Shown piece after piece: positions 1-8,346 of a stretch of DNA of 64,000 nt. Origin of the DNA: Bacteroidota bacterium. Its GTDB lineage: Bacteria > Bacteroidota > Bacteroidia > UKL13-3. Below the pieces are notes generated by a model, which worked only from the letters and a program-made list of their open reading frames with translations, was not told the origin of the DNA and did no database searches. Position 1 is the stretch's first letter. Every line of letters starts with the position of its first letter. Both the position numbers and the translations under genes were made by a program. The stretch is taken from contig JAIXWW010000012.1 of NCBI GenBank assembly GCA_027491085.1, positions 170,628 through 234,627 of the forward strand, given 5' to 3'.

Positions 1-447
1 TCCGCCAATTCCTTCGCTATTAATAACTACGCTATAGCCTTTAGCCTCTTTTACCAGATTACTTTTGTATATAAAAGCATTGTCAATTCCACGCTCATCT
101 TCACCTTCAAAAAATACCGTTTTATAGGCCATTTTTTGTAATTGTTTATTTTTGGTTAAATCAGTTAAAGCCTCTATACTTTCTACCTCACACATTCCCA
201 AAAAATCAGCTCCTTCCCCATTCTTAAAACTAGCTATTACTTTAGCCATTTGGTTTAATTTGGTTAAGTAACGTTCCGTATTCCACTTATATTTACCATT
301 GGGTAAAAATTCAGCATCATTTTTATTGGGATTATCAATGGTGTCAAATAAATTTTCTTGATTATAAAATGCCACACACACCTTTTGCTGCGCGTTAACA
401 TGATAGATGGACAATAAAAAAATAACTGAGATAATAATTTTTTTCAT
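1..447 (-). CDS. endonuclease/exonuclease/phosphatase (EEP) family protein, secreted; C-terminus runs off the window
   Basis: Own reverse-strand translation from ATG (445-447): MKKIIISVIFLLSIYHVNAQQKVCVAFYNQENLFDTIDNPNKNDAEF...FLGMCEVESIEAL...GEDERGIDNAFIY. Signal peptide plus YNxENLFD, EVE and DxRGID motifs typical of EEP nucleases. Absent from the ORF track because it is open at the window edge. Confidence 0.7.
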   Translation of the reverse strand, partial: MKKIIISVIFLLSIYHVNAQQKVCVAFYNQENLFDTIDNPNKNDAEFLPNGKYKWNTERYLTKLNQMAKVIASFKNGEGADFLGMCEVESIEALTDLTKNKQLQKMAYKTVFFEGEDERGIDNAFIYKSNLVKEAKGYSVVINSEGIGG

Positions 448-499
448 GAGGCAATTTTAATTTATTGTTTGCTGTCAAACAATTTAAATATTCATTCTT

Positions 500-550
500 T
501 TACAATTTATCTTTTAAATACTTAGCTGTATAGCTTTGTGCCTTGCAATG
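500..550 (-). pseudogene. relic of a UvrA C-terminus (..CKAQSYTAKYLKDKL*), displaced copy of the uvrA 3' end
   Basis: Reverse-strand translation of 500-550 gives HCKAQSYTAKYLKDKL-stop. Eleven residues are identical to the end of the intact uvrA at 2834-2866, and the pattern resembles the canonical UvrA tail (E. coli ..ECEASHTARFLKPML). Confidence 0.6.
503..535 (-). repeat. left copy of 33-nt imperfect direct repeat (uvrA 3' end), att-like
   Basis: caatttatcttttaaatacttagctgtatagct versus 2834-2866 caacttatccttcaaatacttggctgtataact: 28/33 identical, and all 5 mismatches are synonymous third-codon positions. Confidence 0.75.
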
Positions 551-804
551 AAAACCTCTTTTATTTATCTCAGCAAAGCAAAGGGACGCTTATGCTCTAT
601 ATTCTTCCTAAATTTAATAACGCTTGTGATAAACGTTAAAATGACATCCTTTAATACTTTTGCTTTATGATAGCATTACCAAACTGCTTTCAATAAAAAT
701 TGGTTTAAACATTCTAAAATAAATTTCTCCTAAAAAGTAAAAACTACTCCTATTTTTAAAACAAATGAATATAATTGTAGGAGAAAAAACGAACTTAAGT
801 TGCT

Positions 805-833
805 CCAATCCACCCAAATTTGGGTTGGCTTGG
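805..833. promoter_or_regulatory. imperfect 29-nt palindrome with perfect 14-nt core acccaaatttgggt (812-825), 80-100 nt upstream of the 906 ORF
   Basis: ccaatccacccaaatttgggttggcttgg. The core is a perfect inverted repeat and the outer arms match 6/7 with one indel. No T-run follows, so an operator is more likely than a terminator. Confidence 0.35.
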
Positions 834-905
834 AGAAAGTTTATAGGGGAAAACTTCTTATATAAATGAGTTATCGGGCAGCCTAAAAGACGACACAGAA
901 AATAA

Positions 906-1448
906 ATGACAGACTTCAAAACATACTATAATTCAAATTTTCGAGACGACTTAAATCGGTTCTTCTCGACAATTCCTGATGAAAGTAAGTTTCACGAAGA
1001 CAATCAAAACAAACAGACATTTTCAATTCAATACGAAAGATTAACACCAGCATTTGACCATCTTAACTTTTTAGACAAAGAAAGAAAAGAATATTTTGCA
1101 GTAGCACTCTTCCTTACGGTTTTAACAGATATGGTTTGCTTTTCGCATTATAAACCGAATTACAACAAATTCAGAAGTCTAACAAGATATCCAAAGTTCA
1201 TTGGCAATTGCCCTGGTGGATGTAACTACCATTATCACCCAAGCGACATATTTTTTGCTATGAACAAAGGACGTTCTTCAAGCGAACAGCATTTAGTTTT
1301 CTATGATAAGTTTTTAGAAGCAATAGAAACTATGAAGGCAGAAACAATTAATTTTTTTAAAGAACATTTAATGGAAGTAAATGGAGAGTTATTTTGGGAT
1401 AAATGCCAAAGCGAATTTCCATACAGACCACAAAAAGAAAATATATGA
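906..1448 (+). CDS. hypothetical protein, 180 aa, soluble, C-x3-C-x2-H-x-H motif; translationally coupled to mrr
   Basis: ORF track. ATG preceded by an in-frame stop. Its TGA (1446-1448) overlaps the Mrr ATG (1445-1447). No family recognised. GNCPGGCNYHYHP knuckle at nt 1209-1238. Confidence 0.6.
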   Translation: MTDFKTYYNSNFRDDLNRFFSTIPDESKFHEDNQNKQTFSIQYERLTPAFDHLNFLDKERKEYFAVALFLTVLTDMVCFSHYKPNYNKFRSLTRYPKFIGNCPGGCNYHYHPSDIFFAMNKGRSSSEQHLVFYDKFLEAIETMKAETINFFKEHLMEVNGELFWDKCQSEFPYRPQKENI

Positions 1449-2362
1449 TACCAGACTACCAATCAATAATGTTACCGTTACTTGAATTTATTGCAGACGG
1501 TAAAGAATACAAAATGCGAAACGTTACAGACGAACTGGCGATAAAATTTGGTGTTACGGAAGAAGAACAAAAAGAATTATTACCTAGCGGAGTAGCACCT
1601 GTGTTTTATAATCGAACTGCTTGGGCAAAAACATATTTAAAAAAGGCAGGCTTAATCGACAGCCCAAAACAAGGAATTGTTATCATTTCTAAGAGAGGCA
1701 TAGAGGTACTTAAGAAAAAGCCAAGTTCAATTAATGTGAAGTTTTTAAAACAATTTTCTGAATTTGTTGCATTTCAAACCGTAAAACGCGAAGACGAAAG
1801 TGAAACAGAAACAGAAACTAGCGAGGAGCAGTCTATACAGACACCTGAAGAGCTATTAGAAATGGCATATCAGAAGATAAGAAAATCATTAGCATCTGAA
1901 CTCATAAGCAAAGTGGTTGAACTATCACCAGCATTTTTTGAGAGACTTGTAGTTGAACTGTTAGTAAAAATGGGTTATGGTGGTTCAATCAAAGACGCGG
2001 GTAAAGCAATGGGGAAAAGTGGTGACGAAGGAATTGATGGAACAATAAAAGAAGACAAACTTGGGCTTGACATTATCTACATTCAAGCCAAGCGATGGAA
2101 GCCAGGAAATGTTGTTGGACGACCAGAAATTCAAAAATTTGTTGGTGCACTTGCCGGACAAGGCGCTAAAAAAGGAATTTTCATTACTACCTCAAATTTT
2201 ACTAAGGAAGCTTTGGACTATACACCGAGAAATGAAACAAAAATTGTTCTCATTGACGGTGAACAGTTGGCTCAACTGATGATTGACTATAATCTTGGTT
2301 GCACTTCTCAGCAGACCTATGAAGTTAAAAAATTAGACAGCGACTACTTTGGAGAAGAATAA
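1445..2362 (+). CDS. mrr: Mrr-family type IV (modification-dependent) restriction endonuclease
   Basis: N-terminal Mrr_N-like winged helix (MIPDYQSIMLPLLEFIADGKEYKMRNVTDELA...YNRTAWAKTYLKKAGLI). C-terminal PD-(D/E)xK Mrr_cat core (GDEGIDGTIKEDKLGLDIIYIQAKRWK). Start moved to the ATG at 1445, where homology to the Mrr N-terminus begins. Confidence 0.85.
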   Translation: MIPDYQSIMLPLLEFIADGKEYKMRNVTDELAIKFGVTEEEQKELLPSGVAPVFYNRTAWAKTYLKKAGLIDSPKQGIVIISKRGIEVLKKKPSSINVKFLKQFSEFVAFQTVKREDESETETETSEEQSIQTPEELLEMAYQKIRKSLASELISKVVELSPAFFERLVVELLVKMGYGGSIKDAGKAMGKSGDEGIDGTIKEDKLGLDIIYIQAKRWKPGNVVGRPEIQKFVGALAGQGAKKGIFITTSNFTKEALDYTPRNETKIVLIDGEQLAQLMIDYNLGCTSQQTYEVKKLDSDYFGEE

Positions 2363-2542
2363 AGCATACGGACGACAAGAAGGCCGACCCGATAACACGG
2401 GTTTGGCAAAAGTAGCGGTTCAGTGCTCCGCAGACATATTTGTGGTTAATCAAAGTTTGGTTCTCCGCTTCAATATTTGTGGTGAAAATCGCCACCTTCG
2501 CCAAGCCCGAAAACGTTAGTAAAGAAACAATTTTTTTAAATC

Positions 2543-2812
2543 TCATTTTTTCCAAATTTTAGGATTCCTGCTTGAATGAAAAATATGGTGAATCAATATC
2601 GTATTGTCCTCAATTGAATAAAATACCTCAAATGGAAATCTATTTACCAAAAGCATTCTAAAGTCTTTGTAAATTTTAGCAAAAAGTAATGGGTTTTTCT
2701 TTATTAGTTCAAATGCGTTCTCAACTTCACACAAAAACTCAAAACCAAGCTTATCTTTTTGATCATTATACCATCCAGTCGTTGCAGGCGTCCTCAGGCT
2801 GCAACAAAAACC
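2543..2812 (-). pseudogene. ParE/RelE-family type II toxin, N-terminally truncated, no start codon and no antitoxin gene
   Basis: The tail ..WYNDQKDKLGFEFLCEVENAFELIKKNPLLFAKIYKDFRMLLVNRFPFEVFYSIEDNTILIHHIFHSSRNPKIW is ParE-like. The frame is open back to 2812 but has no ATG before the internal Met at 2734, and the first ~20-30 residues of a normal ParE are missing. Confidence 0.6.
2779..2803 (-). terminator. GC-rich hairpin gttgcag-N11-ctgcaac just downstream of the uvrA stop
   Basis: 7-bp perfect stem, 25-50 nt after the uvrA stop. No clear U-tract, so terminator function is tentative. Confidence 0.3.
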
Positions 2813-2827
2813 CTATTAAATCTCTGT

Positions 2828-5683
2828 TTACTTCAACTTATCCTTCAAATACTTGGCTGTATAACTTTCGGTATTGTTAATTAAATCTTCGGGCAAACCA
2901 GCAAACACTAAGTTTCCGCCTTCATCGCCAGCTTGTGGACCAAGGTCAACAATATAATCAGCGCATTTAGCCACATCCATATTATGTTCAATTACAATAA
3001 TGGTATGTCCTTGGTCAATCAATGCATTAAACGATGTCAATAATTTATTGATATCGTTAAAATGTAAACCTGTAGTTGGTTCATCAAAAATAAATAACAC
3101 ATGTTCTGAACTTGCACGTTTACCCAAGAAAGAAGCCAATTTTACACGTTGTGCCTCACCCCCACTTAAAGTATTGCTCGATTGACCTAATTTGATATAA
3201 CCCAAACCAACATCCCTCAATGGTTTAATTTTATTAGCAATAGTAGTTTCGTCATGGAAAAACTCCAAAGCTTCATCTACGCTCATGCTCAACAAATCAC
3301 TGATGCTTTTTCCATTGTGTTTGGCATCTAAAACTTCTTCTTTAAACCTTGCACCTTTACATTCATCGCATGGCAAATGTATATCGGCCATAAATTGCAT
3401 TTCAATGGTTACTTCACCTTCGCCTTGGCAAGTTTCGCAGCGGCCACCTTCTACGTTAAAACTAAAGTGTTGCGGTTTAAAACCTCTTGCTTTCGAAATA
3501 GCTAATTGCGAGTACAAATCTCTAATGGCATCGTAAGCTTTTATATAAGTGATGGGGTTACTCCTACTCGATTTGCCAATTGGATTTTGATCAACCATTT
3601 CAATTTGTGTAATGGTTTTTATATCTCCACCAATGCTTTCGTGAGCACCAGTTTTTTCGCCTGTGTAATTACCCAAATGCTTTTGAATAGCAGGATATAA
3701 AATCTTTTTAATTAAAGTAGTTTTTCCACTTCCAGAAACGCCTGTAACCACTGTAAATGCACGCAAAGGGAACTTTACATCAAAACCTTTTAAATTATGC
3801 TGCCTTGCTCCTTTTATTTCAATATAATCTTTCCACTTTCTGCGTTTGGTAGGAACCTCAATTTTTTTAACTCCAGATAAAAACATTCCGGTTAAACTAT
3901 TGGTATCGTTTTTTATAAAATCAATATTTCCTTGCGATACTTTTTCGCCACCATGAATTCCTGCTAAAGGCCCAATGTCAATGATTTCATCGGCTGTTTG
4001 CATTATTTCTTCATCGTGTTCAACCACCACAACTGTATTGCCAATATCACGCAGTTTTTGTAAAACTCTAATCAAATTTTCAGTATCGCGCGGGTGTAAA
4101 CCAATGCTTGGTTCGTCTAAAATATACAACGAGCCAACCAAACTTGAACCTAAAGAAGTAGCCAAATTGATACGTTGCGTTTCGCCACCACTTAAAGTGC
4201 TTGAAAGTCTATTTAACGACAAATAACCTAAACCTACATTTTGCAAAAAGTTCAACCTATTGGTTATTTCAACCAAAATTCTGCTTGCTATTTTTTGATG
4301 TGTTTCCGACAGTTTTAAGTTTTGAAAATAGGCCACACAATCATCAATACTCATGAGTAAAAGTACCGATAAACAAGCGTATTCACTATCGCCATTAAAA
4401 GTATAAACCGCATCCGATTTATTTAAATTAACCAATTTTACATAATTGGCATCTTGGCGCAAACGTGTTCCTCTGCAATCGTAACAAGTAGTTTTACCAC
4501 GATAACGTGCTAACATGACACGGTATTGAATTTTATAGGTTTGTTTTTCTAACTCTTTAAAAAAGCCATTTAAACCGGGCCAACCCGCTCCACCTTGCCA
4601 TAAAAAATCTTTTTGTGATTGGGTTAATTCAAAATATGGTTTGTGTAATGGAAAATCGTTTTTACGGGTAACATGAATAAACATTTGTTTCCATTCTTGC
4701 ATTTTTTCGCCTTTCCAAGGCACAATGGCATCTTCGAAAATGGATAAACCTTTGTCAGGAACTACCAAATCTTCGTCAATCCCAATTACATTACCAAGAC
4801 CTTCGCAAGTTTTACATGCTCCAAAAGGATTATTAAAACTAAACAAATTAACACTTGGTTCTTCAAATTTTTGTCCATCTAGCTCAAAACGATTGTTGAA
4901 CAATTCATATTGCGTTTTTCCTTCGTCATTGATGGTGTGCAGCACACATTCCCCTTCGCCTTCAAAAAATGCAGTTTGTATAGAATCAGAAATTCTGTTT
5001 AAAAAATCTTCATCATTTTGTTGCACTGCAAAGCGATCAATTAACAAATATAGAGGTTCGGCATTTTTAGCTTTAGCTGTTTTCTTTACCAATTCATCAT
5101 TGCTTAAAAATTCTTCAATATCAAGCATTTCATTGTTTAAAAACAAACGATTAAAACCTGTTTGTAAATACACTTCTAATTGCTTACGCAATTCGTTTTC
5201 AGTAATAATAGTTACCAATAAATAGGCTTTGGTATTTTCGGGTAATGCCAAAATATGTTGCACCACATCGTCAATGGTATGGCGTTTTACCATATTGCCA
5301 CTAATGGGCGAAAAGGTAACACCAATGCGAGCAAATAGTAATTTTAAATAATCGTATATTTCGGTTGAAGTAGCAACAGTTGAGCGTGCATTTCGGGTAT
5401 TAACCTTTTGTTCAATAGCTATTGATGGCGAAATACCATGAATATAATCTACATCGGGCTTATTCATTTTACCCAAAAACTGCCTAGCATAAGCCGATAA
5501 ACTTTCTACATACCTGCGCTGCCCTTCGGCATAAAGTGTATCAAAAACCAAACTTGATTTACCTGAACCTGAAACCCCTGTAACTACTGTTAATTTATTA
5601 CGCTTAATGTTTACATCAATATTTTTTAAATTGTGTGCACGAGCGCCTTTGATGATAATTTCCTTGTTATTTGATTGACTCAT
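2828..5683 (-). CDS. uvrA: excinuclease ABC subunit UvrA
   Basis: 951 aa. Two ABC ATPase modules (GVSGSGKSSL; GVSGSGKTTL; LSGGE signature twice) and zinc-finger Cys clusters (CKTCEG, CETCQGEG). Confidence 0.97.
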   Translation of the reverse strand: MSQSNNKEIIIKGARAHNLKNIDVNIKRNKLTVVTGVSGSGKSSLVFDTLYAEGQRRYVESLSAYARQFLGKMNKPDVDYIHGISPSIAIEQKVNTRNARSTVATSTEIYDYLKLLFARIGVTFSPISGNMVKRHTIDDVVQHILALPENTKAYLLVTIITENELRKQLEVYLQTGFNRLFLNNEMLDIEEFLSNDELVKKTAKAKNAEPLYLLIDRFAVQQNDEDFLNRISDSIQTAFFEGEGECVLHTINDEGKTQYELFNNRFELDGQKFEEPSVNLFSFNNPFGACKTCEGLGNVIGIDEDLVVPDKGLSIFEDAIVPWKGEKMQEWKQMFIHVTRKNDFPLHKPYFELTQSQKDFLWQGGAGWPGLNGFFKELEKQTYKIQYRVMLARYRGKTTCYDCRGTRLRQDANYVKLVNLNKSDAVYTFNGDSEYACLSVLLLMSIDDCVAYFQNLKLSETHQKIASRILVEITNRLNFLQNVGLGYLSLNRLSSTLSGGETQRINLATSLGSSLVGSLYILDEPSIGLHPRDTENLIRVLQKLRDIGNTVVVVEHDEEIMQTADEIIDIGPLAGIHGGEKVSQGNIDFIKNDTNSLTGMFLSGVKKIEVPTKRRKWKDYIEIKGARQHNLKGFDVKFPLRAFTVVTGVSGSGKTTLIKKILYPAIQKHLGNYTGEKTGAHESIGGDIKTITQIEMVDQNPIGKSSRSNPITYIKAYDAIRDLYSQLAISKARGFKPQHFSFNVEGGRCETCQGEGEVTIEMQFMADIHLPCDECKGARFKEEVLDAKHNGKSISDLLSMSVDEALEFFHDETTIANKIKPLRDVGLGYIKLGQSSNTLSGGEAQRVKLASFLGKRASSEHVLFIFDEPTTGLHFNDINKLLTSFNALIDQGHTIIVIEHNMDVAKCADYIVDLGPQAGDEGGNLVFAGLPEDLINNTESYTAKYLKDKLK
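2834..2866 (-). repeat. right copy of 33-nt imperfect direct repeat (functional uvrA 3' end)
   Basis: See left copy at 503-535. Same orientation, encodes SYTAKYLKDKL. Confidence 0.75.
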
Positions 5684-5811
5684 TTATATAAAAACGAACA
5701 CAAAACTACTCAAAAAGTTCGGAAGATTATGGATTATTTTTGACAGATGGCGGTTGGCTATTGGCAACTAGCTTCTGGCTATTTAATTGAACTAATAAAC
5801 AGTTTTTATAT

Positions 5812-6384
5812 TTATTTTATCAATTCATAAATATATTTTTTTGATTTAACCTTTAAAACACCTACTCTAGTTTTGCTAATTACAATATCATCAAATTGAC
5901 TTTTATTTATTGTAACTGAATCATAGGTCATATTTAATACAGTTTCATTTAAAACTGGAGGGTAATACGTTAAATATGATTCATCAGAAAGAGGCTTCGT
6001 TTCGAAAAAGTTAGAAAAAATAAACTTGACGAATCCAGTTCCATAAGTATTTGAATAGTCTGCGAAATAATTAATCTCAAAAAAGTCTGTATCACTAGCA
6101 GCCATTGTTAAGCTTAACTTTTGCATATTATATTTTCTGCACAATCCATTTATTGCACTTTCTTGATAAAATTCAGTAGTTTCTTGTAAACCTTGGCTTC
6201 GAAAAACTAAGGTATCTTTTCCATTTTTTAGAAATAAACGTGTACTTGTATCATTATATGGTATTATTTGAGTTAGATAATTTTTATCTACATTCAAATT
6301 TTTAGTACTATCATCACAATTGTCCTTACCGCAAGAACTTATAAATAAGTATATAAAAGCACCCAAAATTAATTCTATTTTCAT
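5812..6384 (-). CDS. hypothetical lipoprotein
   Basis: Start moved to Met35 (cat at 6382-6384), giving MKIELILGAFIYLFISSCGKDN, a lipobox-like signal. No recognised domain. Confidence 0.55.
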   Translation of the reverse strand: MKIELILGAFIYLFISSCGKDNCDDSTKNLNVDKNYLTQIIPYNDTSTRLFLKNGKDTLVFRSQGLQETTEFYQESAINGLCRKYNMQKLSLTMAASDTDFFEINYFADYSNTYGTGFVKFIFSNFFETKPLSDESYLTYYPPVLNETVLNMTYDSVTINKSQFDDIVISKTRVGVLKVKSKKYIYELIK

Positions 6385-6472
6385 AGAAACAAATATAAAA
6401 GAAAGAAGCGCTCTTAAAAACTCAATTGTACTTCTTTCTTTCATAAAATTACGGAATTTCTTTCTTCTCTTT

Positions 6473-6880
6473 TTATTCCAAATCAATTCTGTCTGCAGAA
6501 TCGGTTATCTCTTCTTTGGGCAATGGTTTGGTATCTTCAGCCGCTTTTGAGTTTAAAGCATCCAAAGTGGCATCGTCAGAAGTGGTGGTTAAAATCCATG
6601 AATTTCTGCGTTTATGAAACACTTGCGCAGCTATTCCAAATTGGGTATTGAAAGCACTTTCTAGTTGTTTCACTGTAGTATTGCCGTGTATTTCAATTCC
6701 TGCTAATGCTGCTATTGGCGATAGTTTACCAATTTCCATTTGATGGTTTTTTACCATATTTTCAGCATTTAAAGGTTTATTTAAATCTGCAAAAAACGCT
6801 ACTTTTAAAAAAGGAAAACGTTTATTAAATGAATCTTGAACTTCTTCAATAGTTGTATGGTTATTAATTGTAATTTTCAT
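6473..6880 (-). CDS. hypothetical protein (135 aa)
   Basis: ORF track only. Compact ORF in a minus-strand gene run. No family recognised. Confidence 0.55.
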   Translation of the reverse strand: MKITINNHTTIEEVQDSFNKRFPFLKVAFFADLNKPLNAENMVKNHQMEIGKLSPIAALAGIEIHGNTTVKQLESAFNTQFGIAAQVFHKRRNSWILTTTSDDATLDALNSKAAEDTKPLPKEEITDSADRIDLE

Positions 6881-6993
6881 AATTGGTTGGTATTAATTTG
6901 AGCCTACAAGGTAAACATACCAACGCTGTCTTTTAGTGACCAAAGTCAAAGGTTTAACTAAGTAATAAGGTAGTTTTAAAATATAAATAAATT

Positions 6994-8322
6994 TCAATTA
7001 TTTGAACTCATTGTTTTTGTATAATGTTCTTTAATAAAATACAATATTAAACCTGAAACGATAATACCCAAAGCACCAACTATATATTGCCAATCGCTGC
7101 TTAAAAACACAAATAACCAAACCAATATGCCTAATATGGCTGGAATAGGGAAAAGTGGCATTTTATAAGGTAATCGTAGCTTTTTAGAACGGTAATGTAA
7201 AGCAATTAAACCAACAGATTGGCTAATAAATTGAACCAAAATACGCATTACAATAATGGCCGTAATTACATCTTTCAATTTAAATAAAAGACTAAAACAA
7301 AAAGCCAATCCACCAAGCACCAATAACGATATGTATGGAAAATTTTTAGTAGGATGCAACTTGGCAAATACCTTGAAAAAATTACCATCTCGCGCGGCTG
7401 CATAAGGCACTCGTGAGTAACCTAACATCACAGCAAATAAGGAAGTAATGGCAATAAATAATATCAATCCTGTTGCAAACTGAGCAGTGGCGTGTCCATA
7501 TAATTTTTCAAAAAACGCACTTACAATAAAGGTTGAGTTTTGGGCTTCTTGCCAAGGAATTACACCTAAAATGCCAATTTGCATACTTATGTAAAGCGCT
7601 GCTATTCCTGCAATGGAAATAAAAATACTCCGAGGAATATTTTTTTGCGGATTGATAATTTCTCCACCTAAATGACACACGTTATAATAACCCAAATACG
7701 AATAAATACTTTTCACCGAGGCTTGACCTAAAGCCACAAAAAACATAGGTTTTAAATCGAATGCATCTGCCGGAAAACTAAAGGCCATTTGTGCATCGAA
7801 ATGGGTAAAAGCCGATGCTATTAACCATAAAATAGTAGAGCCAACTACCACCCACATAATTACCGAAAGCTTGCCTAATGTTTTTATGTTTCTATATAAA
7901 ATCCAAACCAATAAAAGCACCAATGAACCTGATACCATTTTTTGTTCAATATCGGTTAATGGCAATAAATAAGTTAAATATTGTGCAAAACCTATGGAGC
8001 CTGAAGCCACTACTAGAGGCGCTTGAATACTGGTTTGCCAAACAAATAAAAACGAAAGCATTCGTCCATATTTTTTGCCATATAATTTTTGTAAAAACAC
8101 ATAAGAGCCTCCTGCTTGTGGCCATTTAGCTCCTAATTCCGACCAAACAAAAGCATCCATAAATGAAAGCAATGCACCTAAAAGCCATGCTAAAATACAC
8201 TGTGGGCCGCCCATGGTATGAATAATAAATGGAATGGTTACAAATGGTCCAATTCCCACCATATCAATCATATTAAGCGAGGTAGCTTGACTTAAGTTTA
8301 ATCCGCGTATTAGTTTGCTCAT
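6994..8322 (-). CDS. APC-family amino acid permease
   Basis: 442 aa, about 12 predicted TM helices. N-terminal LNMIDMVGIGPF and WSELGAKWPQAGGSYVF motifs typical of the amino acid/polyamine/organocation superfamily. Confidence 0.85.
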   Translation of the reverse strand: MSKLIRGLNLSQATSLNMIDMVGIGPFVTIPFIIHTMGGPQCILAWLLGALLSFMDAFVWSELGAKWPQAGGSYVFLQKLYGKKYGRMLSFLFVWQTSIQAPLVVASGSIGFAQYLTYLLPLTDIEQKMVSGSLVLLLVWILYRNIKTLGKLSVIMWVVVGSTILWLIASAFTHFDAQMAFSFPADAFDLKPMFFVALGQASVKSIYSYLGYYNVCHLGGEIINPQKNIPRSIFISIAGIAALYISMQIGILGVIPWQEAQNSTFIVSAFFEKLYGHATAQFATGLILFIAITSLFAVMLGYSRVPYAAARDGNFFKVFAKLHPTKNFPYISLLVLGGLAFCFSLLFKLKDVITAIIVMRILVQFISQSVGLIALHYRSKKLRLPYKMPLFPIPAILGILVWLFVFLSSDWQYIVGALGIIVSGLILYFIKEHYTKTMSSNN

Positions 8323-8346
8323 GTGTTTAAAATTGGGTGTAAATTA

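Larger units (their letters stand above)
536..2833. mobile_element. putative decayed integrated islet (no recombinase retained) carrying an Mrr-type nuclease pair and a ParE relic
   Basis: Segment lies between the two uvrA 3'-end repeats. Its content is non-core (restriction nuclease, toxin fragment, unknown ORF, GC-rich block). No integrase is visible, so mobility is inferred only from the repeat architecture. Confidence 0.5.

Noticed and set aside
665-919. 84-aa minus-strand ORF in the islet's left intergenic region
   Set aside because: No motifs and odd composition. It overlaps the start of the 906 ORF and spans the palindrome and AT-rich promoter-like DNA. It is more likely non-coding.
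2325-2880. ORFs 2325-2555(-) and 2689-2880(+), plus 2061-2279(+) inside mrr
   Set aside because: The first runs through the GC-rich non-coding block and overlaps the mrr and ParE ends. The second is antisense to the ParE relic and the uvrA end. The third is an alternative frame inside mrr.
3000-5225. Five plus-strand ORFs (61-166 aa) inside the uvrA region
   Set aside because: They lie antisense within a gene with unmistakable UvrA motifs. Their Ser/Leu/Lys-rich low-complexity translations are typical shadow ORFs.
5738-5751. 14-nt identity tatggattattttt upstream of both uvrA (5738-5751) and ctp (21861-21874) at similar distances
   Set aside because: By rough estimate, several such 14-mer matches between intergenic regions are expected by chance at this AT content and window size. 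That is not enough to call a shared operator.
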